This document shows positions 18,105-31,991 of a stretch of DNA of 64,000 nt, in pieces. The notes under the pieces are model-generated. The model saw only the letters and a program-made list of their open reading frames with translations. It searched no databases and had not been told where the DNA came from. The first letter of the stretch is position 1. Every line of letters begins with the position of its first letter. Both the position numbers and the translations under genes were made by a program. The stretch is taken from NCBI RefSeq assembly GCF_009914755.1, contig NC_060937.1; one strand, written 5' to 3'. The stretch is from the human T2T-CHM13v2.0 reference genome, Homo sapiens.

Positions 18105-19075
18105 AAGAAATCCATCACAGTAGCCAAGATATGGGATCGGTCACAGATGAGGGGATAAACAGAACATGGTCCGTATCCACAGCAGAGGGCTGTACAGCCT
18201 GGTCTGTTTGCACAGCGGAGTGCAGTACGGCCTGCTCTATATACACAGCGGAGTGCAGTATGGCCTGGTCTATATGCACAGTGGAGTACTGTACGGCCTA
18301 ATCTATATACACAGCGGAGTGCAGTATGGCCTGGTCTATATACACAGCGGAGTGCAGTACGGCCTGGTCTACATACACAACGGAGTGCTGCACGGCCTGG
18401 TCTACATACACAGTGGAGTGCAGTACGGCCTGGTCTACATATACAGCGGAGTGCAGTACGGCCTGGTTTCTATACACAGCGGAGTACTGTACGGCCTGGT
18501 CTATATACACAGCGGAGTGCTGCACGGCCTGGTCTACATGCACAGCGGAGTACTGTACGGCCTGGTCTACATGCACAGGGGGGTGCTGTGCCACCTGGTC
18601 GATATGCACAGCAGAGTGCTGTGTGGCTTCATCTATATACACACAGTGGAGTGCTGTATAGCCTTGGAAAAGGATGAAACCGTATCATTTGTGACAACAT
18701 ATATGAACCCAAAGGACATTCTGTTAAGTGAAATAAGCCAGGCACAAAAAGACAAATCCTGCATGTTCTCACTTACATGTGTACTCGCAGAAAGGGGAAC
18801 TCATAGGAGCAGAGTGGCGGTCGCCTGGGGCAGGGGGCGGGGTGGGATGTGCTGGGAAGATGTTGGTCAGGGATTATTGTACAGTATGGTGACTATAATG
18901 AATTTCTGAAATTGCTAAGAGTAGATTTAAGTGTTCCCACCACTAAGAAATAAGCATATGAGTTAAGACATGTGCTAATTAGCTCGATTTAGCCTTTCCA
19001 CTGTGCATACGTACTTCAGACCATCATGTAGTGTGCTATAAATACAGTTTTTGTCAATTTAAAAGAAAAAAGATG
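18105..19075 (+). mobile_element. L1MA-type 3' end containing a VNTR
   Basis: cacagtagccaagatatgg...gtgaaataagccaggcacaaaaagacaaa...gaaattgctaagagtagattt...gtcaatttaaaag. Confidence 0.8.
18167..18663 (+). repeat. 33-bp VNTR, about 15 copies
   Basis: Unit tggtctatatacacagcggagtgcagtacggcc; 11-aa periodicity in the ORF track. Confidence 0.95.
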
Positions 19076-19079
19076 CTAA

Positions 19080-20340
19080 ATCACACTTACAGAGAAATAT
19101 GAATTAAAAGCACACTGGCATACTGCCTCTTGCTAATCAGAAGTTTAGCTGGAGAAGTGGGGAGGGCTGAACTCTCCCGTGGCATGGCTGCGGCAAATGG
19201 CATGACCTCATCATGTGAACTTGGCAGTATCTAGCGAGGTCATAGACACGTTTGCCCTTTGACCAGCAATTCCACTTCTAGGAATCTGTCCCAAAAGTAC
19301 TCTGGCAGAAATAGAGTTATTTGCAATTTTTTAATAGTCTTCTAGTCTTGATGTTGAACTGGAAGCATCTGTATAAGTCCAGTGTCTTTTATCGTAAAAT
19401 ACGTGGTTTCTAGACCTGTGCATGGAAAAAACTGAACACAGAGAGCCCAGTTGTGGTCTCCTCATGTCATTCCCACTGAGAAGATCTGGAGGTCTTTGGA
19501 GAAATGACCAGGTCTGGGGAAAAATGTTTCCAACGAGCCTACAATATCTTGTTCTACCAGCAAGTGCAAGACTAAAAGGTAATGAATGACTCTTTATAAA
19601 ACATCAACACAATACAGTCAATTCCACAGCCTCTGATCAGGAAGCTGCTGGCATCACAGAAGGCGAGTTGGACATTAGCACCTCCCTTGGTGAACTGCTC
19701 TTGCCAAAAAAGTAAAAGTAAAAGCTGAACCAGAATCTGACCAGGCACCTAGATGTAACTGTCAATTTATAGGAAATACCGGGGACAGAGGCACATGATA
19801 AACACCTCCAAGGGGGCGTAATCGACAAAACCCACCTCATGTGAAGCTCCACATGACAAATGACCTGGTTTCTCCAACAACAACAACAAAAATGCAAAGA
19901 AAAGAGAATCAGCAAGAAAACCTGTCTATCAAAAGAGACTCAGGAAATAGCAGCCAATTGCAGGCTATGGACTGGATAAGATTTTGATCCTAGTTCAAAC
20001 AAAATGTGTCTAGAAAACACAGAGAAAAATAACAGGAGAAACGTTAACACTGGCTAGATATTTAATTCTGAATAATTATTAATTGTATTGTGGCTGTGGA
20101 ATTGATTGTATTGTGTTTATGTGTATAAAAAGTCATTACCTTTTAGGAATGTTTACTGAACTCTGCACGTGTTAACAGTTCTGTGCTGTCTGGGGTTTGC
20201 CTTGGATTGATGGTGGTGGGCAGCCGTTGCTGGGGATGCGGGTGAAACGCGGCCGGCCGTGCACCAACGTTGTTGCAGTCATTGCACCGTTTCTGATGTT
20301 TTTGCACTCGTTTGAAATTTCTATGATTTAAAGAAAACTT
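19080..20340 (+). mobile_element. Decayed L1ME/L1MC 3' fragments
   Basis: ccctttgaccagcaattccacttctaggaatctg; gtttgaaatttctatgatttaaag end. Confidence 0.55.
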
Positions 20341-20992
20341 TTTATAATGTAAGTTGCATGGCAGACACTGCCCTACCTGCTTGATTCCTCAGTCTTCTAA
20401 GCACTGCTGTGGTCTTTTTTCCTCACAGTCATAATTAATTCTCTGCGTGAATGTGCCTCGTTATAATCCTTGGAAATGTGCACAGAGCCTATTTCTGTCT
20501 AGCCATGCCAGCCGTTACTGTACTTGCAAAGATGCTATCTAAATGGAAAGGAACTATGTCCATATCTTTCAAATAAATATGGTGCTTTTTTCCTCCCTTC
20601 ACCCCCAAAAAAGTCATGATGACTGTCTACTCCTAGTATTTGTTTTATAGGAGCATTGGCATCGCTAGTGTCTGTGAATAGCTGGAGTGTGCACTCTGAA
20701 ACTTTACTTTGCCTGTTGTATGGGACACACACAGGACTAAGAGACACATGTAAAACGCATGTGGTCTTGGCACGGGGAAAGGACCATATGTTTTTTAAAA
20801 ACAGTCTCCAGCAGCTCTGACGCTTCCCTGCAGGGGAGAGGGATGTGCGTGCTCCTCAGACCCTCCTTGAGAGGACTTCCCGGCCGAGGGCCTTTTCTGG
20901 CCACATACATGGATGGAGGTCTGCGCCTCCTCCCAGCTGACAGTCTGTGGCATCTGCAGTGGGGCTGTCTGTGGCTGGCACCTGTGGACACA

Positions 20993-21180
20993 GAACCAGG
21001 AGACACAAGCCAGCCTTTACTGGAGCATGTTAGAGCCAGGACGTGCCTCTCACCTGAGCTACTCAGCGTGCAGATGACAAACAGAGGTTCAGAGTCCTCC
21101 TGGCTGTGTCTTCTGGGGCCTCCCAGCGGGGAGGGAGTGGCACTCGGTGTTTCCACATCCCTTTCTCCTGCCTGCACAGG
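20993..21180 (+). repeat. Local direct duplication, copy 1 (likely donor)
   Basis: About 95% identical to 23034-23217. Confidence 0.95.
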
Positions 21181-22706
21181 GAGCTCCAGCTGTTGGCTCA
21201 TTTTGCCTTTTCCTGCCATGGAGAAATCAGGGACTTACCTGATCAGTTTTATATTGGTTCCATAAATGGCCACTGGGTCTCCCTCTTCAAAGGGGTGTTT
21301 GCTCTTTATTCCTGGATTCGTGGTTGTCCTTAATGTGAATCTCTTTCCCCGATTCCTGCGCAGCTGCAGCAACGCTGCGGTTTGTTCAACTTCGTGGCTG
21401 CAGGACGCTGTCAGCAGTTTGGTCTTCTTGGCACACTGCCACTTATAGGCCAGGAAATGGGATAAAGCCATTTATCTTTTATCGGGATGGGAGCCTGCCC
21501 TTTCCGCCTTCTCTTAAATGCATTAGTAAAACCACTTGGGAAAAACAACAGGGAGTTCATTTGAAACTCATTTCCAGGTTAACTCTTCACACTCCTGATG
21601 AAATCTGTGAAGTGCATGGAGTCTGCCCCTGCCCTCAGGCCCCTCCACAGCAGGTGTCAGAATCACCAGGTGGGTGGAGCTCCAGACCCTGGCCCCTTAC
21701 CGCTGGCCACAGCATCCTGAGCACCCTGCCCAGAACCTCCGGCCTCGGGTTCCTCTTCTGCAGAAAGCAGATGATGACGCCTGCATCACGGACCGCATGG
21801 TCGGGATGGCGGAGTGACCACAGGCTCGGGAAGTGACTTGGGACGGTCACTGTGGCTGAGTTAGCAGTTGGCTGCTTGTTGTTTTCTTCCGTTTGTGGCG
21901 ATCCTTTCTTTCCCAGATGACCCCTGTTTTGTGACGTTCATTCTTCCCATTTGTCATTGAAAGCCGTTGCTGGGATAACGCTCTAATAAAAACCAGTGCC
22001 AGAAAAGATGCTCAGAATCATTTGTCATTAGAGAGTTACATATGCCCCTACACACCTGTTAGAGCATCGGCTTCCACAAAACCTCACAACGCCTGGTACT
22101 GGCGAGGACACAGGGCATGGGGAGCTCTCGTTCACTGGGATGGAGCGGAGGGAGTGGGGAAGACAGTATGGCCGTTACTTCCAAAGCTAAATGCACTCTT
22201 ACCATACAGTCCAGTGATCTTGCTTCTTGGTGTTTACCCAAACTAGTTGAAAACATGTCCATACAAAAACCTGCACATAAGTGTTTATAGGAGCTTTATT
22301 CACAAGCACTAAAACCTGGAAGCAACCAGTATGTCATTCGGTAGATGAATAAACAAACTGTGGTCCATGCAGATGATGGAATATTACTCAGCAGTGAAAA
22401 GAAATGGGCTAAGTCATGAAGAGACATAGAGGAAACTTAGATGCTTATTGCCAAGAGGAAGAAGCCAATCTGAAAAGGCCACAGACTGTATGATTCCAAC
22501 TCTGTGATATTCTGGAAAAGGCAAAACTATGGAGACAGTGACAAAATCCATAGTTGCTGAGAGGAGAGAGGGGTGAGTAGGTGGAGCTCTGGGGATTTTA
22601 GGGCAGTGAAACTACTGTATATGATATCATGTATTTGTCAAAACCCATACAGATGCACAGCACAGAGTAAATCTTAATACCTGCAAATTTAAAAATTATT
22701 TAGGAC

Positions 22707-22994
<288 letters not shown>

Positions 22995-23033
22995 TCATTT
23001 CGGAGGTCAGAGGGGTCCCCAGAAGGAATGCAG

Positions 23034-23217
23034 GAACCAGGAGACACAAGCCAGCTTTACTGGAGCGTGTTAGAGCCAGGACGCGCCTCTCACCTGAGCG
23101 GTTCAGCGTGCAGATGACAAACAGAGGTTCAGAGTCCTGGCTGTGTCTTCTGGGGCCTCCCAGTGGGGAGGGAGTGGCACTCTGTGTTTCCACATCCCTT
23201 TCTCCTGCCTGCACAGG
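23034..23217 (+). repeat. Local direct duplication, copy 2 (inside L1M)
   Basis: 7 substitutions plus 1-nt and 3-nt indels versus copy 1 (hand alignment). Confidence 0.95.
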
Positions 23218-24782
23218 AGGCAGAGAGCCAACCTGTGCTGAAGATGCATGAAACCGCCTCACGGAAGAAGAGGAACAGGGTGCTGACCTGCGTGACTCTG
23301 GGCAGGAGTGGGGTCTGTGAGACTAGAGGCAAAAGAAGCCACACAAACGCCCCAGGCTCCACTTAATTACGTCGTTTCCCGTAGATACAGGTCGGCAGTG
23401 CTGACGCTGCTCTGCCGGAAGCTGAAACTGAGCGATTAGGTGAGCAGCTGTCTGCGGATGGGAGCTGCTTTCTCACTGTTCCAGGAGAGGCTACACCCGT
23501 GTTGTAACAGAGCAGGTGTGCGGCGTCAGTGTGAACTGACGCTTAGCTTAGTGCAGATACAGGTGGCGACATACAGAAATACTGTGCACATCCCATAGCA
23601 CACGCCTGCCTCTCCTCGCCTTGACAGCTGAGAGGGCCTGGAAGCAGCAGCAGCCAGTGTCCACGAGCGTCCCCAGTGGCCAGATCTTGGTTTCTAATTC
23701 CATTCTTCAGTAAAAGCAACTGGGCTTCTTAGAGAAACCGCAGATTCCAGGATGGAGGCAGGAAGTATGCAAGATGAGACTGGATCATCTTACAGTGACA
23801 GAAAGGGAGGAACAAAACAAACAAAACAAAACCCAAACCCACGTGGATGGGGGCAGGCCAGAGGGACGCAGGAACCACCGAACACTCCCCATGACCAAAG
23901 CAGAACAATTTGAGCAGCAAAGTCAAGTCGCGTTGTATTATAACCCCAAGAACAAGATGAAGAAGCGTGGGTCCACACTGACGTAAATGATTGAATAGAT
24001 ATTAATACATGACTGGAGACAAGAGATAAGTCTCCCTTGCAGAAGAATTCCCCATCCTTCATGTAGATGAGTTGTTGTCACGAGGGGAGCTCAGAACCCT
24101 ACTTCCTGAGTGTGGGATGTGCGCAGCTATGTGGTTCCGAAGAGTTCAAGACGAAAAGAGGGAGAAAGAGTAACTTCCCAGCAGAGGACCTGACGACCTG
24201 AGCCAGGCAATCGAGGTCAGCACCGATGGCGACCAGGCGTGTAGACTCGTGCCCTGGGTAAGGCGTGACTGGGATGGCACTTTACCTCTGTAGTCCTCCT
24301 CCCCAAGCACATCCTCCCCACTCCAATCATGAGAAGGACGTCAGAGTTCCAACAGAGGCTTCCAGTATACCTGACCAGTAGCCCTCAAAACTGTCAAAGT
24401 CATCAAAAATAAGGGAGCTCTGAGAAGCTGTCACAGCCAAGAGGAGCTGAAGGAGACAGGATGACTGAATCCTAGAACAGAAGAATATATTAGGCAAAAA
24501 CTGTGGAAACCTGAATAAACTGTGCATAGTTAATAATAATGTACCAATATTGGCTCATTAATTGCAACAAAGGCACCATAAGCTTAAGATATGAATATTG
24601 GAGGACACTGGGGGAGGGGTGTGTGGGAGCCCTGTTCTATGTCAGTTTTGCTGTAAATCTAAAGCTGTTCTAAACAAAGCTAAACAAAGTTACTTAAAAA
24701 AGAAGCATCTCAGTACCGTCAGTGGGCCTGTGTGGCCCCTCATAGGTATCTGTATTTTAGCAAAAGAGAAATAAACGACTTT

Positions 24783-25096
24783 GGCTGGGTGCGGTGGCTG
24801 GCACCTGTAATCCCAGCACTTTGGGAGGTCAACGCGGGTGGATCATCTGAGGTCAGGAGTTGAAGACCAGCCTGGCCAACATGGTGAAACCCCGTCTCTA
24901 CTAAAAATACAAAAATTAGCCTGGTGTGGTGACACACACCTGTAATCCCAGCTACCCAGGAGGCTGAGACAGGAGAATTGCTTGAACGCAGGAGGTGGAG
25001 ATTTTAGTGAGGCAAGATTGTGCCACTGCCCCCCAACCTGGGTGACAGAGCAAGGCTCCATCTCAAAATAAATAAATAAATAAATAAATAAATAAA
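24783..25096 (+). mobile_element. AluS with (TAAA)n tail
   Basis: Full Alu. Confidence 0.92.
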
Positions 25097-26462
25097 CATG
25101 AAGGAAGGAAGGAGAAAAGAAAGAAACGAACTTAACCACAAGCTGAGGAGCAGGAGTGCTGGGCCCACAGCCTTCTGGGAGACCCACAGCCTCCTGGAGG
25201 TCCGGGCGCTGGCCCCGCAGGGGTTGGCTCCAGTTGTGTGTCTGATCCAGTGGGACTTTCAGAGATGCCCAGGCTGCCGTCTCCTTGGGCTCTGTGTGCA
25301 GAGAGGTCTGTGTGGTTGGAATTTCGGAGGTTCCTCTGCCAGTTGTTCCTCCCACCAGGAGCTCCGTGGAAGCTGTGCTCGAGGAATACTGAGGTGTGTT
25401 CTGTCACCAGCCCTGCATCTGCTCTCCCAGCCCTGGCTCTAGCAAGAGGCTTGATGGCCCCGTGGGTCAGGACCAACCAGGTCCAGCCTCGTGCTGCCCG
25501 CCTTCCAAACCTGAGTGCTGGGACCGTGCGCTGATGGAGGAGAACAGGAGAGGCCCCAGGACAGCCCTGGCCCTGCTGCAGATTCAGAAAGTGGGGGATT
25601 GGGTCTGGGATTTCGGTATTTTTCTTTTAGTCTGTGAGCAGGTGTTTTTATTATTTCAGCACAAATATTTCTAGTAGTGCACAAAGATGGAATATGTTGA
25701 TGTTAACTCTTCATCCTCATGACAACCCTGTGAGGTGTGCCCGAGTCTTATTAACCCATTTCATAGCAGAAATCATGACGCAGCTGGCCCTTGGCCATCG
25801 GTCAGCGAAGAGCAGGCAGGAGAACCCAAGGCTGTGTCCCTGACGGCTCTGCCCTGCAGCCCCTGTGGCAGGCCGAGGATACATTTCTTAACAGATGCCT
25901 GCAGGAGGAAAGGCCGCTCAGCTGGCATGGCCTGGGCTTCTGTTGGGCAGTCTGTGTCCAGTGCTGATGCCATCTGCAGGTACTGACCTCCTCCTGAGCT
26001 CTGCCCACTAGTAAATAGAAATCAAAATTCTCATTTTGCTCATTTCATAAAACTTCATCCAGCCTTTTGCCCATTCATTTATTTGCTCACTGGGTTCCTG
26101 GCTTTAAAGGTATAAGGAAACCATGTTTTAACCCTATTTCCCACCAGGGGCCAGGATCTGGCCATTCACTTGTGCATCCACCTCCCTGGCAGGGACCCTG
26201 GCGGCAGATGCATGGAAGCCCCCTGCTCGCCACAGGAATGTGACTGTCACCATATGCAGCATGCCCCTGAGGGCCCCAGCAGCCTGCAGGGCACACGTCC
26301 TTCCCACTGTAGCAACAGGAAGCATGGTCCACAGCGGGGAGGCTCAGCGCTGTCTCTAGAGGGACCTGCCCTGAGCCAGGCATGTGGTCTGCACATCTTT
26401 ATCCAGTGCCTGTCACGGGATTGCCACGGGGCCAGAGAAGGGGCCAGCAGGGTGAGCTAGAA

Positions 26463-26592
26463 CAGTGCCTTAAACTGCACTGTGCCTCAGGACCCTCAAG
26501 GCTTGTGCAACTCAGACCCCTGGGCCCCACATCCAGAGTCTCTGATTCAAGAGGTCTGATGTGGGCTCCAAGAGTGTGCAGATTTCCAGGGG

Positions 26593-26658
<66 letters not shown>

Positions 26659-26684
26659 TGGAGACCCCACTTTGAGAACCACTG
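26463..26684 (-). mobile_element. MER5A (hAT-Charlie MITE) hosting a CTG repeat
   Basis: Ends ggtctggagaccccactttgagaaccactg; internal gggccccacatccagagtctctgattca. Confidence 0.8.
26596..26655. repeat. Pure (CTG)20/(CAG)20 trinucleotide repeat
   Basis: 20 uninterrupted units directly after ATG at 26593. Confidence 0.98.
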
Positions 26685-27177
26685 GTTGGGACCTCAAGTC
26701 TGTCTCTGGCTGTGCTGCCCTTTCTCAGCCGCCCAGTTGCAGGCAGATGCTGTCACTGTGACTTGGGGTAAGAGGTCACGTGTGCTGGGGCTGTGTGCCG
26801 GGGCGGCCCTTCCACAGGCAGGTGGAAGGTTGGAGGCCACTGAGCACTGCCTGGCACTGCTGGCCTCCTGGAGATGTTCAGACACCCCACATTACAAATA
26901 GGCCAGCCTTTCCCCTGGGCGCCCCCGCCACTCCCTGCAATGCTTGGGCCAGAGACACTAATGGAGTCATTCGAGGCTTGACTTTGCTTCCTGGTCCTGG
27001 ACACGTTAGTGTTCATGTTCCCCAACAAATAAATACTTTAGAAAATGTGATAAGATCACATTACAAGATTGAAATCCAGCAAGGTGGTTGAATTGTGTCC
27101 CCTTAAAATTTGTATGTTGAAGCCCTAAACCCCAGTACCTCAAACTGTGTTAGGGGCACTGCCAATGTATGTAATCA

Positions 27178-27836
<659 letters not shown>

Positions 27837-28055
27837 AGTTAAGATGAAGTCATGCAGGAGTGGGGGTTGCCTAGGCCAATATGACTAGTATCCTTATAGA
27901 AAGAGGAAATCTGGACACAGACACAGGGAAAAGGCCGTGTGATGATGGAGGCCAAGATGGGGTTGATGCGGCCACAAGCAAAGGAGCACCAGGGATCAGG
28001 AGCAGCTAGCAGAAGCTGGGAGAGGCCTGGAACCGATCCTTCCCTCGCAGCCTCA

Positions 28056-28377
<322 letters not shown>

Positions 28378-28834
28378 GACCCAGTCCTGCCAACACCTTG
28401 ACCTTGGACTTCCAGCCTCCAGAGCAGACAGAATAAATTTACTATATTTTTATGCCACCCAATCTATGGTGCTTTGGTTCTGCAGCCCAGGAAGTAAACA
28501 CAGTTTTCCTAATCACCCTCTGCCGTCTAATGCAGTTAATGAGCTTTGGGTGAAAGGTTTTGATCTAATGCTGGTTATTTGGGAAAAGGTGTTTTTGGGG
28601 AAGAAGAGAAGGAGGTGACAAGGGGTGTGATTTATTCACTGGCAGCAGAAAATTCAGGGATGTCTTAGCAAGTTTATTTACCTCGAACTGCTGGTAAAAG
28701 ATCTTTCCCTAATCTGGAAATAATCTGAAATGTTTTACAGTATGCTCCCAAACATTTATAATTCAGATTATATTAGGAAATTGTTTCCTAGGACATGTCT
28801 TTTCATAACAATGGAGTGTAGATACCATCATCTC

Positions 28835-29076
28835 TCTGATGTAAAATGGTATAGAATTTGCATATAACCTACGTGCATTCCCTCGTAGACTTTAAATCAG
28901 CTCCAGGTTCCTTATAATACCTAATACAATGTAAATGCCGTGAAATAGTTTTTACACTGTATTGTTTGAGACATAATCATGAGAAAAAGTCTGTCTATGC
29001 TCAGTACAGATGCAACAGAATATTTCAATGTGCAGTATATTGAATCTACAGATCCAAACCTCACAGATATGACTGT
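28835..29076 (+). mobile_element. MER2 (Tigger) fragment
   Basis: ctgatgtaaaatggtatagaatttgcatataacctacg...aaaaagtctgtctatgctcagtacagatgcaac. Confidence 0.75.
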
Positions 29077-29091
29077 TCTCAGTCACTGTAA

Positions 29092-29400
<309 letters not shown>

Positions 29401-29535
29401 TGATTACATATATTTTTTAAACTCCAGGTTTGAAATTATAGTATGGTGGACGTTATCTTCATTTCAGAAAAAATTTAGAACATTTTCTTAATATATTGTT
29501 TATAAGCCTTAGGTAAAGCTGATGGTAAATTATTT

Positions 29536-30796
29536 TATGAACAAAAGTTCTTTGAAAAGGAGTTTGGAGGAAAGAGACTTTATTCCAGTGAACAGTTTAC
29601 AAACCTGGAAGCTGCAGCCTTTGGTGTGAAAGAAAGTATATTCCAGAGAACTCAGGGAGGGTTTGGGTTTTATAGTGATGGGTCCTGCCCAGGTCCCATT
29701 CAGGTCCATTTATGCACATGAAGGATTCAAATTTGGTTAGTTCTGATTGGTTGATACAGCTAAGCCCTGATTGGGTGATGCAGCTGAGCCCTGATTAGCC
29801 AAGGTAGGTGAGCACTGATGTGCTGGTTCAGGTGAGCTCTGAGGGGTTGGTTCAGGTGAGCACTGATAAGTTGGTTCAGGTGTGCTCTGAGTGGTTGGTT
29901 CAGGTGAGCTCTGAGGTGTTGGTTCAGGTGAACTGTGATTGGTTGGTTCAGGTGAGTTCTGATGTGCTGGTTCAGGTGAGCTCTGATTGGTTGGTTCATT
30001 CAGGTGATCTCTGAGTGGTTGGTTTATTCAGGTGATCTCTGAGTGGTTGGTTCAGGTGAGCGCTAATTGGTTGGTTGGTTCAGGTGAGCTCTGAGGCATT
30101 GGTTCAGGGGAGTTTTGATGAGCTGGTTCAGGTGAGCTCTGATTGGTTGGTTCAGGTGAACTGTGATTGGTTGGTTCAGGTGAGTGCTGATGTGCTGGTT
30201 CAGGTGAGTTTTGATTGGTTGCTTGGTTCAGGTGATCTCTGAGTGGTTGGTTCATTCAGCTGATCTCTGAGTGGTTGGTTCAGGTGGTTGGTTGGTTCAG
30301 GTGAAGCTCTGATGAGTTGGTTCAAGTGAGTGCTGATGGATTGGTTCAGGTGAGCCCTGATGGGCTGGTTCAGGTAAGCGCTGAGTGGCTGGTTCAGGTG
30401 AGCTTTGATTGGTTGATTGGTTCAGGTGAGCGCTGAGGGGTTGGTTCAGGTGAGCGCTGAGGGGTTGGTTCAGGTGAGCGCTGAGGGGTTGGTTCAGGTG
30501 AGCGCTGAGGGGTTGGTTCAGGTGAGCGCTGAGGGGTTGGTTCAGGTGAGCGCTGAGGGGTTGGTTCAGGTGAGCGCTGATGGGTTGGTTCAGGTGAGCT
30601 CTGAGTGGTTGATTCAGGTGAGCTCTGAGTGGTTGGTTCAGGTGAGCCCTGAAAGTCCAGAAGTTGACTGGAGGTGCGAGTTCTGGGGGCTCAAGGCATG
30701 TGGCTTATTGTCAGTAAGTGGCCTCTTGGGGCTGTTTTAAACATAGGCCCAGTTGGGCACTCCGGGTGGGCTCTTTCGGGTCCACATTTGTTCACA
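29536..30796 (-). mobile_element. Solo ERV LTR (LTR47-like; family uncertain) inflated by an internal VNTR
   Basis: Inverted ends t(a)tgaacaaa...tttgttcaca, flanking attt duplication; on the minus strand CCAAT boxes, ATTTGCAT-like, TATAAAA and AATAAA in LTR order. Confidence 0.7.
29800..30652 (+). repeat. 24-bp VNTR, about 34 degenerate copies with a homogeneous block at 30421-30564
   Basis: Unit ttcaggtgagcgctgaggggttgg. Confidence 0.95.
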
Positions 30797-31546
30797 ATTT
30801 GTTTCATTGTGAAATGAAGGAATTGCAGGAATATGACTGCGGCAGCATTGACGGCAGATTTGGGACCTGAAACTGGGGTGTTAAGAGAAGACGCTTTTTC
30901 TTTTGTTTTGTTTTTTAAACCAAAATGATCAATTTGAAAATTGAACACATTTTTGGCCTCAGTTTTATCATGCTCATGTCAACTATTTAATATAAAAGAC
31001 CTGCCTTTTGGGTAGCCTGTGTAACAATCAAAGTTTTGGCGCTACCAGGGCAAGGTTCTGGGGAGCACACATTCACTAACCCAGCTCCCACAACCACCGA
31101 GGCAGACGCTGTGGCCAGGCAGGAGAGCTGGGGCAACTTGGAGGGCAACAGGGCCAGCGCAGGGGGTGGGAGGTCTTGGGTTGGAGGCAGAGACCTCCTG
31201 CCTTGCCACGCAGGGGCCAGGCAGGTTCTTCCAGCTTTGGAGTGAACCAGACATGTGGGCTGAGTTCTCAGGGCTGTGTGACAGCTGCCCCAAGTCCCTC
31301 TTGCAAGAGGACAGGAAGAGCTATGAATATGTAAATAACATGAAATATAAGCAGTGTAGCTTTTTAAGAAAGGAAAATTATTCACACAGAAGAAAGAAAA
31401 ATGTCACGTTTGGGTTTCAATTTCCAGATACAACTGATGGTTCACTTTCATCTGTGACACTTCACAGAACGACACATAAAGAATTTTGTTTTATAGTCTG
31501 AGCAAAGGAAGGTCAAAAGGTCTCCTTGGCATCTGAGGGCCTCCGG

Positions 31547-31775
31547 CAGGTTTCTCAGCCTCCACGTCGTGGACATCTGGGGCTGGGTGGCTCTTGGTTT
31601 TGGGTCCCCAACCTGTGCAGTGTGAGGTCTCAGCAGCATCCCTGGACCCTACCCACTCCATGCCAGGACTTTTCCTCAGTGGCAACACCAAAATTGTCTC
31701 CAGAAATTGCCCAGTGCATGCCCCCACTGCTCCCACACCAGGGGACAAAGTTGTCTCTTGGTTATCAACCTCTGG
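31547..31775 (+). mobile_element. MER20 (hAT) relic
   Basis: tttctcagcctc...ggacatctggggctgg...gcagcatccctggaccctacccact...aaaattgtctccagaaattgcc. Confidence 0.7.
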
Positions 31776-31991
31776 TCTCTAATAAGAGAAATAAAAATCC
31801 AACCACAAACATACTCTCCAGGGATGTCTTGTATTGCTGGATGTGTGGACCCCATGTCTGCCTGGCTGTCAGTCACCTGAAGATCCACTGATGCTAACTC
31901 TGTACCTGGACACTTTGGGTTAAATGGAAAGCGTCCTATGGGTGTGCAGCAGAGGGAGAGACACTCTTCTTAGTATCAAAAGTGCTAGGCA

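Noticed and set aside
18166-18909. 247-aa repeat-protein ORF
   Set aside because: Explained by a stop-free 33-bp VNTR plus L1 tail; no splice or promoter support.
26512-26761. polyQ/polyC/polyAla ORFs as genes
   Set aside because: Alternative frames of the CTG tract inside MER5A; non-ATG or unsupported starts.
29800-30652. CRISPR-like periodic array (also 18167-18663, 59966-60243)
   Set aside because: Head-to-tail units without unique spacers, no cas genes, human DNA.
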